Assembly (NCBI GenBank): GCA_031365045.1
Contig: JANLXK010000506.1
Location: 1 to 36,041, forward strand
From: Gemmatimonadota bacterium
GTDB taxonomy: Bacteria > Gemmatimonadota > Gemmatimonadetes > Gemmatimonadales > GWC2-71-9
Length of the DNA stretch: 36,041 bases
Direction of reading: 5' to 3'
Below, piece after piece: positions 1 to 10,248 of this stretch. Positions within the stretch are counted from its first letter, which is position 1; every line of letters starts with the position of its first letter. The notes below the pieces were generated by a model. It was not told where the DNA came from. It saw only the letters and a program-made list of their open reading frames with translations, and did not search any database. The position numbers and the translations under genes are program-made.

Positions 1-2
1 CC

Positions 3-22
3 CACGACTCACGACCCACGAC

Positions 23-23
<1 letters not shown>
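3..23. repeat. Tandem heptamer array (CACGACT CACGACC CACGACC), probably one arm of a hairpin cut by the window edge
   Basis: Read directly. Three contiguous 7-nt units end at the TAG stop (23-25, minus strand) of the kinase gene. Any partner arm would lie left of the window. Confidence 0.7.
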
Positions 24-1053
<1,030 letters not shown>

Positions 1054-1054
<1 letters not shown>

Positions 1055-2487
1055 CAGTCGCGGTACCGGTTGCGGCCGTCACGCTTGGCCTGGTACAGAC
1101 GTTCGTCCGCGTGGGCGAGGAAGGCCTCGGGACGCTCGGTGGCCGCCTCGGGATAGGTGGCCACCCCGACACTGATCGTGACGTGGACGGAGGCGTCAGG
1201 CTCGCCGAAGTCGTGTTCGGCCACCCGCTTCAAGATACGCTCTGCGAAATTTCTCGCACCCAGGAGGTTGGTCTCGGGCAGGACGACCACGAATTCCTCC
1301 CCGCCGTACCGGGCCACCAGGTCCACGCCGCGCAGCTCTCGCCGCAGGATCGTGGCCAGCTGGCAAAGGACCTGGTCGCCCATCCGGTGACCGAAGGTGT
1401 CGTTCACCTTCTTGAACTCGTCGATGTCGAGCATCAGCACGGCGAGCTTGCTGCTGTACCGTCCCGCCCGCTCCAGCTCGGCGCCGAGGCGCTCGTCCAG
1501 CGCCCGGCGGTTGAACGTGCCGGTCAGGGGGTCGGTCTCGGCCAGGGCGCGGTACTGTGCGCTGTCGAGCCGGGCGGCCTGGAGATCGTAGGCCTTTTCG
1601 ATCGCGGGGACCGCCGAACGGAGCACCTCTTCTACGAACTGGGCGTCGCGCGCGTTGAGCGCCGACTCGTCGGCGGCCGACCGGAGGAAGAGGAGGCCGG
1701 GGGCGTGCCCACGCGGGCGGAAGGCGGCGGCCACGACCGCCCGGGTCGGGACGAACTGCCCGGTGGTCGCCCAGCGCCCACGGATCTGCTCAAAGATAGG
1801 GTCGGTGGAGACATCCGCCACAAAGACCGGCCGCTCGCTCTCGAGGGCCGCCTCGAGCTCCGGATAGTTCCGGAGGTCCACCCGGAGCTCGGAGAGGAGC
1901 GGGTTGTCGGCCGAGGCCATCACGGTCGCGGTACCGGTGGTGGCATCGACTGTGAGCACGGAGCACTGCCCGATCTTGAGTGCCCGGGCCACTCGGCGCG
2001 CCAGGATCTGGAACACCTCGTCGGGGCGGAGGCTCGCGGTCAGCTCCTGGACGATGGCGACCAGCTCGTGCCGGGTGCGGACGAGGGTCCGCGCCGTGTC
2101 GAGCTCGTGCCGCACCCGGAGGTGCGCCTTGATGCGGGCCAGGAGCTCGCGCACCCGGAACGGCTTGGCGATGAAGTCGCTCGCGCCGAGTCCGAGGGCG
2201 CGCACGGTGGCCTCCTCGGGCGGCATCGAGGAGATCATCAGCACCGGGAGGTCGCGTTTGCGGGGGTCGCTCTTGATCCGCTCGAGGAGCTGGAGCCCGT
2301 CCACCCGCGGCATCATGATGTCGAGGAGGAGCAGGTCTGGCTGTTCTACCTCGAGCCGTTCGATCAGCTCTTCCGCGTCGGGGACGGTAATGACCTCATA
2401 GCCATTCTCACGCAGGATCCACGACAGGGTCCGCGCGAGGGCGGCGTCGTCATCCGCCACGAGGATCCGCTGGCCGTTGGCACTCAT
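1054..2487 (-). CDS. Response regulator receiver - GAF-like - GGDEF diguanylate cyclase
   Basis: 477 aa. The N-terminal receiver domain has ILVADDD, LLLLDIMMP and AKPF. The C-terminus has RYGGEEF with an RGVD (RxxD I-site) 5 residues upstream. TGATG overlap with the upstream gene at 2485-2489. Confidence 0.9.
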
Positions 2488-3433
2488 CAGGCAGCGACCA
2501 GGTGGGCGAAAGTCTCGGCGTCGACGTTCCCGCCCGAGAGGATCGCCGCGGTCGGTCCCTCGGGTCGGATCTTCCTGGCGAGCAGAGCGGCCACGGTGAC
2601 CGCGCCCGAAGGCTCGATCACGAAGCCGAGTTCCTGCTGGAGGGCCCGCATCGCGGCCACGATCTCGGTGTCGGTCACCTGCGCCACTCCGGCGATCTGC
2701 ACCCGGATGATGGGGAAGGTGAGTTCGCCGATGGTCGGGGTGCGGAGGCCATCACAGATGGTATCGACCGTGGGGATGGTCGTGGGGCGGCCAGCGGCAA
2801 GCGCGGCGGAGAGCTTGGCCGCCCCGGCCGGTTCCACCGCCCAGACCCGGGCGTCTGGACGCGCGGCGTGGACGCCGAGGCAGGTGCCGGCAAGGAGACC
2901 GCCACCGCTCACCGGCGCGAGCACGTCGGTCACCTCGGGCCAGTCCTCGGCGATCTCGAGGCCGACCGTGCCCTGGCCTTCCACCACGTCGGGGTGGTCA
3001 TAGGGCGGGATCAAGACCAGCCCTTCCTCGCGCGTAAAGCGCTGGGCGCGCTCCAGCTGCTCGGGCGAGCGGATCTTGCCGGCGAGGACCACCTCACCGC
3101 CGAGCTTCTGGATCCCGTCGATCTTGATGCGGGGAGCGGACTCGGGCATCACGATGACGGCGCGCACGCCGAAATGCCGGGCCGCGAACGCGATCGCGAG
3201 GCCGTGGTTGCCCGAGGAGCTGGTGACGAATCCCCGCGCGCGATCGGCGGGCAAGAGTCGAGAGGCGGCGGTGAAGGCGCCGCGGATCTTGAAGGCCCCC
3301 ATCGGCTGGCGCTGCTCCGCCTTGAGCCGCACCGGGTGGCCGGTGATGCGCGCCAGGAAGGGCGCGTCGAGGAGGGGCGCACGTACGGCGACGCCTGCCA
3401 GCGCCGTGGCCGCCGCGCGGACCCCCTCCGCAG

Positions 3434-3437
<4 letters not shown>
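2487..3437 (-). CDS. PLP-dependent threonine/serine dehydratase (fold type II)
   Basis: 316 aa. GAFKIRGA carries the PLP lysine, SSGNHG is the Gly-rich phosphate loop, and the protein has catabolic-type length. Its GTG start overlaps the gyrA stop (GTGA at 3434-3437). Confidence 0.85.
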
Positions 3438-5968
<2,531 letters not shown>

Positions 5969-6084
5969 TTGACCCCCTAAATATAGCCGCCCCGAGGGTG
6001 GAAATCCACCTCGGAGTGCCTCTGTAAATTGTTACTGGACAATGACTTAGGTTGGCGAAATCGAGGTAACGAATTGCGGTGCGC

Positions 6085-6188
6085 GGAAACCCCAAAACCC
6101 CGAAGTCGGGCACTATCCTCAGCCATCCTGGCAACACCGCATCTGCCGATACCACCACAAGAACACTCTTTGGGGTTTGGGGGTTTCC
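6085..6188. repeat. Inverted heptamer arms GGAAACCCCAAAACCCCGAAG / CTTTGGGGTTTGGGGGTTTCC
   Basis: Left arm 6085-6105, right arm 6168-6188. 19 of 21 positions are complementary and the spacer is 62 nt. The right arm ends 3 nt before the stop of the mini-ORF 6192-6383 (minus strand). Confidence 0.85.
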
Positions 6189-6191
6189 TCG

Positions 6192-6383
6192 CTATGCCCT
6201 TCGCCTGGACCGGACCCTGATCTTCGGCAGGCGGAACTTCGGCCACCGGAAGCGCGGGCGCCGGAGCGGCATCAGCCTCAGCGGTAACACCGACCTCGCA
6301 CCGACGGTGCCGAAGATGGTGCCACCGGCCGTCGCGAGGGCGATGCTTCCGAAGCGAGTGTCGGTCGCGTCCGCGACCTGCAT
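6192..6383 (-). CDS. Possible small membrane protein (63 aa) with a glycine-zipper-like segment and a basic tail
   Basis: MQVADATDTRFGSIALATAGGTIFGTVGA... then a PRFRWPKFRLPKIRVRSRRRA tail. Third-codon positions are almost all G/C, as in the real genes here. GGAG lies about 12 nt upstream of the ATG. No homologue recognised. Confidence 0.3.
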   Translation of the reverse strand: MQVADATDTRFGSIALATAGGTIFGTVGARSVLPLRLMPLRRPRFRWPKFRLPKIRVRSRRRA

Positions 6384-6399
6384 CGCCGTGAGCGCTCCC

Positions 6400-6434
6400 C
6401 CTCTCCCTCCAGGAGGCGGGGCCGGAGGGAGAGG
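6400..6434. other. Perfect 11-bp hairpin CCTCTCCCTCC-N13-GGAGGGAGAGG
   Basis: Read directly. Lies between the two mini-ORFs. Similar in sequence to the hairpin at 14254-14281. Confidence 0.8.
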
Positions 6435-6453
6435 TCTGTGTGGAATGACAAGG

Positions 6454-6473
6454 GCGCGGGTGGCCACCCGCGC
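6454..6473. other. Perfect 20-nt palindrome GCGCGGGTGGCCACCCGCGC
   Basis: Read directly. Could be a hairpin or a dimeric protein-binding site. Confidence 0.8.
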
Positions 6474-6575
6474 TCTCGTACGCATCCGCATCTATATGGT
6501 AACGGCCAAGGGGGGCCGGAGGTGATCGTATTGGGTAACGCGTGTTGGGTATTGCTATCCCCGCTATCCCCGGGG

Positions 6576-6731
6576 TCAGTTCTGCATCCTGGGCTCAGTG
6601 CGCCTAAGGAGCACCGTGCCCACGGCCAGCAGGTCCGGGCGCAGGGGAGGATCGACGCGCCCCAGCACCGTTCCATCAGGGGCCAGGACGAGATAGCCGG
6701 GGGTCGGCTCGAAGCGCGTGATCATCACCAT
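6576..6731 (-). CDS. Possible small protein (51 aa), hypothetical
   Basis: MVMITRFEPTPGYLVLAPDGTVLGRVDPPLRPDLLAVGTVLLRRTEPRMQN with high GC3. A TATAAT on the minus strand (6859-6864) lies upstream. No homologue recognised. Confidence 0.3.
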   Translation of the reverse strand: MVMITRFEPTPGYLVLAPDGTVLGRVDPPLRPDLLAVGTVLLRRTEPRMQN

Positions 6732-6912
6732 GTCCGTATGATGCGAGGCTCCCCCCTTTGGTTGCGTGACGGAGTCCAAAGGCGCTTGAGGCGCGAGAGG
6801 CGCGTGATGGGCTACGGGCGGAGCCGAACCTCGAGCCGCTGCTGGCTTTGCGGTGCTTCATTATATGTAGCGTGCCGATGATGGTTCAGTGATGATCTAA
6901 GCGGCCGATGTT

Positions 6913-7008
6913 AGTGGGCCAGTGGGCCAGTGGGCCAGTGGGCCGGGGTCAGAAAAGACACACGCATCATTTGTTTCAGGTTGGGTCATCCGTGGCCGAC
7001 TGGCCGAC
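6913..7008. repeat. Tandem octamer (AGTGGGCC)x4 with an imperfect complementary array GTGGCCGACTGGCCGAC
   Basis: Array at 6913-6944, partner at 6992-7008. 7 of 8 positions per unit are complementary and the spacer is 47 nt. Lies upstream of the ECF sigma gene. Confidence 0.8.
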
Positions 7009-7086
7009 CTCCAGCCAACCCTTTTCACCGCCAGCGGTTCTACGGTTGTGCCAGGCGGATGCTGACCCAGACCTGACGGAGCTCGA

Positions 7087-7626
7087 GTGGACGAACGGCA
7101 ATTGATCGATGGCGTCCTGTCGGGCGACCCTGCGGCGGAACGACTCTTCTACGACCGCCATCTTGACCGGGTCTGGCGCCTGGCCTATCGCCTCACCGGC
7201 GATGGCGATCTGGCCCAGGACGTGGTGCAGGAGACCTTCGTCCGGGCCTTCAGCAAGCTTGACACGTTCCGGGGAGAATCGGCGCTTGCGACGTGGGTCA
7301 CCGCGGTGGCGACCACCACTGCCCTGAATGCGCTGCGGAAGGTGAAACGCTTCCGCGGTCACGTGGCCCTCGAAGATGCGCACCACCTGGCCCAGCCGGG
7401 TCGGCGCTCGGAGCCGGACCTCAAGCGACGGATGGCAGAGGCGATCGCGGCCCTGCCGGTGGGCTATCGGACGGTGTTCACGATGCACGACGTCGAAGGC
7501 TATACCCACGAGGAGATCGGCATCGCCCTGGGCGTGCAGACCGGGACCTCGAAGGCCCAGTTGTTCCGCGCACGCGCCCGCCTGCGCAAGGCGCTTGCCG
7601 ATTTCGCAGGAGAATGGATCGCATGA
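7087..7626 (+). CDS. ECF-type RNA polymerase sigma-70 family factor
   Basis: 179 aa. Region 2 reads DLAQDVVQETFVRAF. Region 4 reads YRTVFTMHDVEGYTHEEIGIALGVQTGTSKAQLFRARARLR. GTG start. ATGA overlap with the next gene. Confidence 0.9.
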   Translation: MDERQLIDGVLSGDPAAERLFYDRHLDRVWRLAYRLTGDGDLAQDVVQETFVRAFSKLDTFRGESALATWVTAVATTTALNALRKVKRFRGHVALEDAHHLAQPGRRSEPDLKRRMAEAIAALPVGYRTVFTMHDVEGYTHEEIGIALGVQTGTSKAQLFRARARLRKALADFAGEWIA

Positions 7627-8270
7627 CCGACGACCCGAAGGACGAACCCGTGCTCAGCCCCCGACTGCTCAATGCGGCGCGCGCGCACCTCGAGCCTCCG
7701 GCCCCTCCGGCCGAATAGCTCTGGCAGCGGATCCAGACGGCGAGGCGCCGAGGCGCCGAGACGGCGAGGTGGAAGCGGCCGCGGGTGTGGGTCCCCATCG
7801 CCATTGCCGCCACGCTGATCATCGGCATCGGGCTCGGCCGACTCTGGATCCCGATCAGTACGATCGTGAAGGGTCGCATCGCCACCACCCCCGATCCGAG
7901 CGTGACCGGCAACAAGGAAGATCTCTTCGCCCGCTACGCTGCCGAGCAGACCCTCGGCCAGGCGGAAGTGTTGCTGACGCAGTTCCGGGCCGATGCCGCC
8001 GGCGGCACCCCGGCCGCGACGAGCCCGGCCGACGCGCGAAAGCTGCTGCTTGCCACCCGGCTGTTGCTGGACTCGCCGTCGCTCACCGAGCCGCGGCTCC
8101 GCGGCCTGCTCGAAGATCTCGAGCTGGTGCTGGCCCAGATCGCCGCGGGGTCGACCCAGAAGGAAGACCGTGACGTGATCACCGATGGACTCGAACGGCG
8201 CGACGTGCTGCCGCGGCTCCGTGCCGCGATGCCCGTCGGGACCGGTGTACAGATCCCAGGAGCTCTCTGA
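7623..8270 (+). pseudogene. Anti-sigma factor interrupted by an in-frame TAG at 7716-7718 (alternatively two ORFs, 7623-7718 and 7785-8270)
   Basis: The ATG at 7623 overlaps the sigma stop (ATGA). Reading through the TAG gives ...PPAPPAE*LWQRIQTARRRG...WVPIAIAATLIIGIGLG (single TM) followed by a periplasmic domain, all in one frame. The PP..LW.RI segment is typical of anti-sigma factors that partner ECF sigmas. Confidence 0.65.
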
Positions 8271-8272
8271 CC

Positions 8273-9817
8273 ATGAAGACCATTGCCCTGTTTCTCGCGC
8301 TGACCGCCATCGGCCATCGACCGCTCGGCATCGTTGCAGCACCACGCACCACGCACCCCGCACCACGCACCTTCGTCGACCCGGAACAAGGGACACCGGC
8401 CGATTCCCTGCATCGTGCGGGGCAGGCGGCGCTCAACCGCGGCGACTACCAGAAGGCGGTCGACACCTACCGCGAGCTCCGGCGGCGCTTTCCCCGTTCG
8501 ACCCGAGCGGGCGACGGGCTCTACTGGGAGGCGTTCGCGCTCTACCGCCTCGGCGGGACCACCAATCTCCGAGTGGCGCGTGAGCGCCTGCGGACGCAGG
8601 AGCTGGATTTCCCGCGGGCGGCCACCCAGCGTGATGCCGGTTCGCTTCGGGTCCGGGTCGAACGGGACCTCGCCCGCGTGGGTGATTCCGAAGCGCAGGC
8701 GTGGCTCGATTCGCAGGGGGCGATCGCCGAGGCGTCCGCCGACGAAGCGGTGATCACCGATGCCGCGCCCGCCACCGCCGCCCGCGGTGCTGCCTCCTCT
8801 CGCGCGGCGTCGGCGGCGGCGGCGGCGAGTGCCCGGGCGGCCCGTGACGGGGCCCGCGCGGCCCGTCCGGCGATCGCCGGGGCCCACGCCGGTCGGCACA
8901 GTGGGGAGGACGAGACCGCCCCCGCCGGCTGCGATCAGGCCAAGTATGACGAGCAGATGATGGCGGTGCAGGCGCTGATGACGATGGACCGCGAGCGCTC
9001 GGTGCCGATCCTGAAGAAGGTGATGGCGCGGCGGGACGCTTGCAGCGCTGCGCTCCGCCGCCAGGCGGTGTTCATCCTGGGCCAGCAGGCGGGGGACGAC
9101 GAGTCCGTGGCGCCGATGATGCTCGACGTGGTGCGGAACGACCCCGATCACGAGGTCCAGAAGATGGCGCTCTTCGCCCTCGGGCAGACCCGCGATCCCC
9201 AGGCGATCCCGGCCCTGTCGGAGATCCTCAAGACCAGCACCGACCGGGAGCTGCAGCAGGGCGCGCTCTTCGCCCTGAGCCAGAGCGACGACCCGCGCGG
9301 GGTGCAGATCCTGCGCGACTTCGTCCAGCGCCCCGGGGTCTCGGACGACATGCTCGGTCAGGCAGTGCTCTGGCTGGGGCAGAAGGGGGGCGCGGAAGCC
9401 GCCTTCCTGCGACGGGTCTACCCGACCCTGCATTCCCAGCAGGCGAAACAGATGGTGATGATGACCCTCGCCCAGACCGGGGACTCCGAGAACGCCCAGT
9501 GGCTGATGGAACGGGTCCTCGACAAGAACGAGGATATGGACACCAGGAAGAGCGCGCTCTTCTTCGTCGGGACCCAAAGCGACGCCGTGAACGTCCGGCA
9601 GATCGTGGGACTCTATTCTCCCACCCTCGACCTGGAGATGCGGAAGCAGATCCTCTTCGTGCTGAGCCAGCGGCGGGAGCCGGCCGCGGTGGACAAGCTG
9701 CTCGACATCGCCAAGAACGACCCTGACCGCGACATGCGGAAGCAGGCGGTGTTCTGGCTGGGTCAGTCGGGCGACCCGCGGGCGGCGGACCTGCTGGAGC
9801 GGATGCTGGAGCAGTAG
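8273..9817 (+). CDS. Secreted TPR-like / HEAT-repeat (PBS-lyase-type) protein
   Basis: 514 aa with hydrophobic N-terminus MKTIALFLALTAIG. TPR-like segment YQKAVDTYRELRRRFP. Repeated ~31-aa units of the type DPDHEVQKMALFALGQTRDPQAIPAL. Starts 2 nt after the anti-sigma stop. Confidence 0.85.
   Translation: MKTIALFLALTAIGHRPLGIVAAPRTTHPAPRTFVDPEQGTPADSLHRAGQAALNRGDYQKAVDTYRELRRRFPRSTRAGDGLYWEAFALYRLGGTTNLRVARERLRTQELDFPRAATQRDAGSLRVRVERDLARVGDSEAQAWLDSQGAIAEASADEAVITDAAPATAARGAASSRAASAAAAASARAARDGARAARPAIAGAHAGRHSGEDETAPAGCDQAKYDEQMMAVQALMTMDRERSVPILKKVMARRDACSAALRRQAVFILGQQAGDDESVAPMMLDVVRNDPDHEVQKMALFALGQTRDPQAIPALSEILKTSTDRELQQGALFALSQSDDPRGVQILRDFVQRPGVSDDMLGQAVLWLGQKGGAEAAFLRRVYPTLHSQQAKQMVMMTLAQTGDSENAQWLMERVLDKNEDMDTRKSALFFVGTQSDAVNVRQIVGLYSPTLDLEMRKQILFVLSQRREPAAVDKLLDIAKNDPDRDMRKQAVFWLGQSGDPRAADLLERMLEQ
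8340..8371. repeat. Tandem heptamer (CACCACG)x4.5 inside the HEAT-protein CDS
   Basis: CACCACG CACCACG CACCCCG CACCACG CACC, read directly. Encodes APRTTHPAPRT just after the signal-like segment. Confidence 0.85.
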
Positions 9818-9836
9818 GAGTGCCTGATGCTTGGTG

Positions 9837-9870
9837 CCGGGTGACCGGTGACCGGTGACCGGTGACCGGC
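9837..9870. repeat. Tandem heptamer (GTGACCG)x4
   Basis: Four perfect units at 9841-9868, 24 nt after the HEAT gene stop. Same unit family as the arms at 33764-33944. Confidence 0.9.
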
Positions 9871-9956
9871 GAAGGAAACCGACAATTCAGCGATGTCACC
9901 CCGAGCGGAGCGAGGGACCTGCTCATCACCGGCCAGATACCTCACTTCGTTCGGCC

Positions 9957-10058
9957 CACCGGGACCCGGAGACCCGACGCACCGCCTTCTTCTGGCTCGG
10001 GCAGAGCGGGGATCCACGCGGGCTGCAGCTGTTCGAGGAGGTCCTCGCCGGCCGGTAA
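9957..10058 (+). pseudogene. Detached remnant of a terminal HEAT repeat
   Basis: Translates to RDPETRRTAFFWLGQSGDPRGLQLFEEVLAGR*. Compare the end of the upstream gene: NDPDRDMRKQAVFWLGQSGDPRAADLLERMLEQ*. It is in a different frame and is separated from the gene by repeat DNA. Confidence 0.55.
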
Positions 10059-10070
10059 GGGTAGAGCCTG

Positions 10071-10117
10071 AGGGGTGAGGAGTGAGGGGTGAGGAGTTGT
10101 CTCACTTCTCACTCCTC
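10071..10117 (+). repeat. Heptamer array (GGGGTGA GGAGTGA ...) folding with TCACTTC TCACTCC into a 17-bp hairpin
   Basis: Left arm 10077-10093 is GAGGAGTGAGGGGTGAG, the loop is 7 nt, and the right arm 10101-10117 is CTCACTTCTCACTCCTC. This gives 15 Watson-Crick pairs plus 2 G-U pairs, and the G-U pairs are possible only in plus-strand RNA. Confidence 0.85.
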
Positions 10118-10133
10118 CCTGCTTGCTTCCCAC

Positions 10134-10153
10134 ACGTTTCATTCCTGAAACGT
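10134..10153. promoter_or_regulatory. Perfect palindrome ACGTTTCA-N4-TGAAACGT, candidate operator
   Basis: Read directly. Lies about 100 nt upstream of the DUF5916-like gene start. Confidence 0.3.
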
Positions 10154-10248
10154 CACATCTCCTTCACATACCCGGTGCAACCCTTTCGGCCCGACCTCCG
10201 TCAGAGGAACAGATCAGTAGCACCCTGTCGTGAACATTCGAGGTCCCC

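Noticed and set aside
1111-3003. 630-aa plus-strand ORF spanning the GGDEF and dehydratase region.
   Set aside because: It is a shadow ORF typical of high-G+C DNA. The opposite strand encodes proteins with clear family motifs (GGEEF, SSGNHG), and the plus-strand translation is low-complexity and Arg/Gly/Pro-rich.
6085-6188. CCCCAAA/GGGGTTT repeats as genuine telomeric DNA or eukaryotic contamination.
   Set aside because: There are only two units per arm, they are arranged as an inverted pair like the other locus-specific heptamer hairpins, and they are embedded in typical bacterial context next to gyrA.
6913-6944. The tandem arrays (here and at the other 12 sites) as CRISPR arrays.
   Set aside because: The units are 7-8 nt and directly contiguous, with no spacers. 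No cas genes are present. The arrays have only 3-5 units.
7716-7718. The TAG in the anti-sigma gene as a reassigned or pyrrolysine codon.
   Set aside because: TAG serves as the ordinary terminator of several well-defined genes in this window (for example at 9815-9817, 23063-65, 28686-88 and 30183-85). No pyl genes are seen.
7934-9577. 547-aa minus-strand ORF. Similar long antisense ORFs lie at 10201-11943, 16001-18460, 19063-20535, 25324-27030 and 26987-28084.
   Set aside because: All are antisense to ORFs with recognisable domains or signal peptides. They are long only because stop codons are rare in this base composition.
9855-10058. 67-aa ORF (MTGDRRRKPTIQRCHPERSEGP...FFWLGQSGDPRGLQLFEEVLAGR) as a real gene.
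   Set aside because: Its first half is a translation of the heptamer array and the REP-like motif. Only the last ~32 codons look protein-like, and those are a copy of the upstream HEAT repeat. It is treated as a gene remnant.
10206-10231. GGAAC...CGT as an ECF-type promoter for the DUF5916-like gene.
   Set aside because: The spacing between AAC and CGT is 18 nt, longer than the 16-17 nt usual for ECF promoters. The implied start would leave almost no leader. It cannot be supported from sequence alone.
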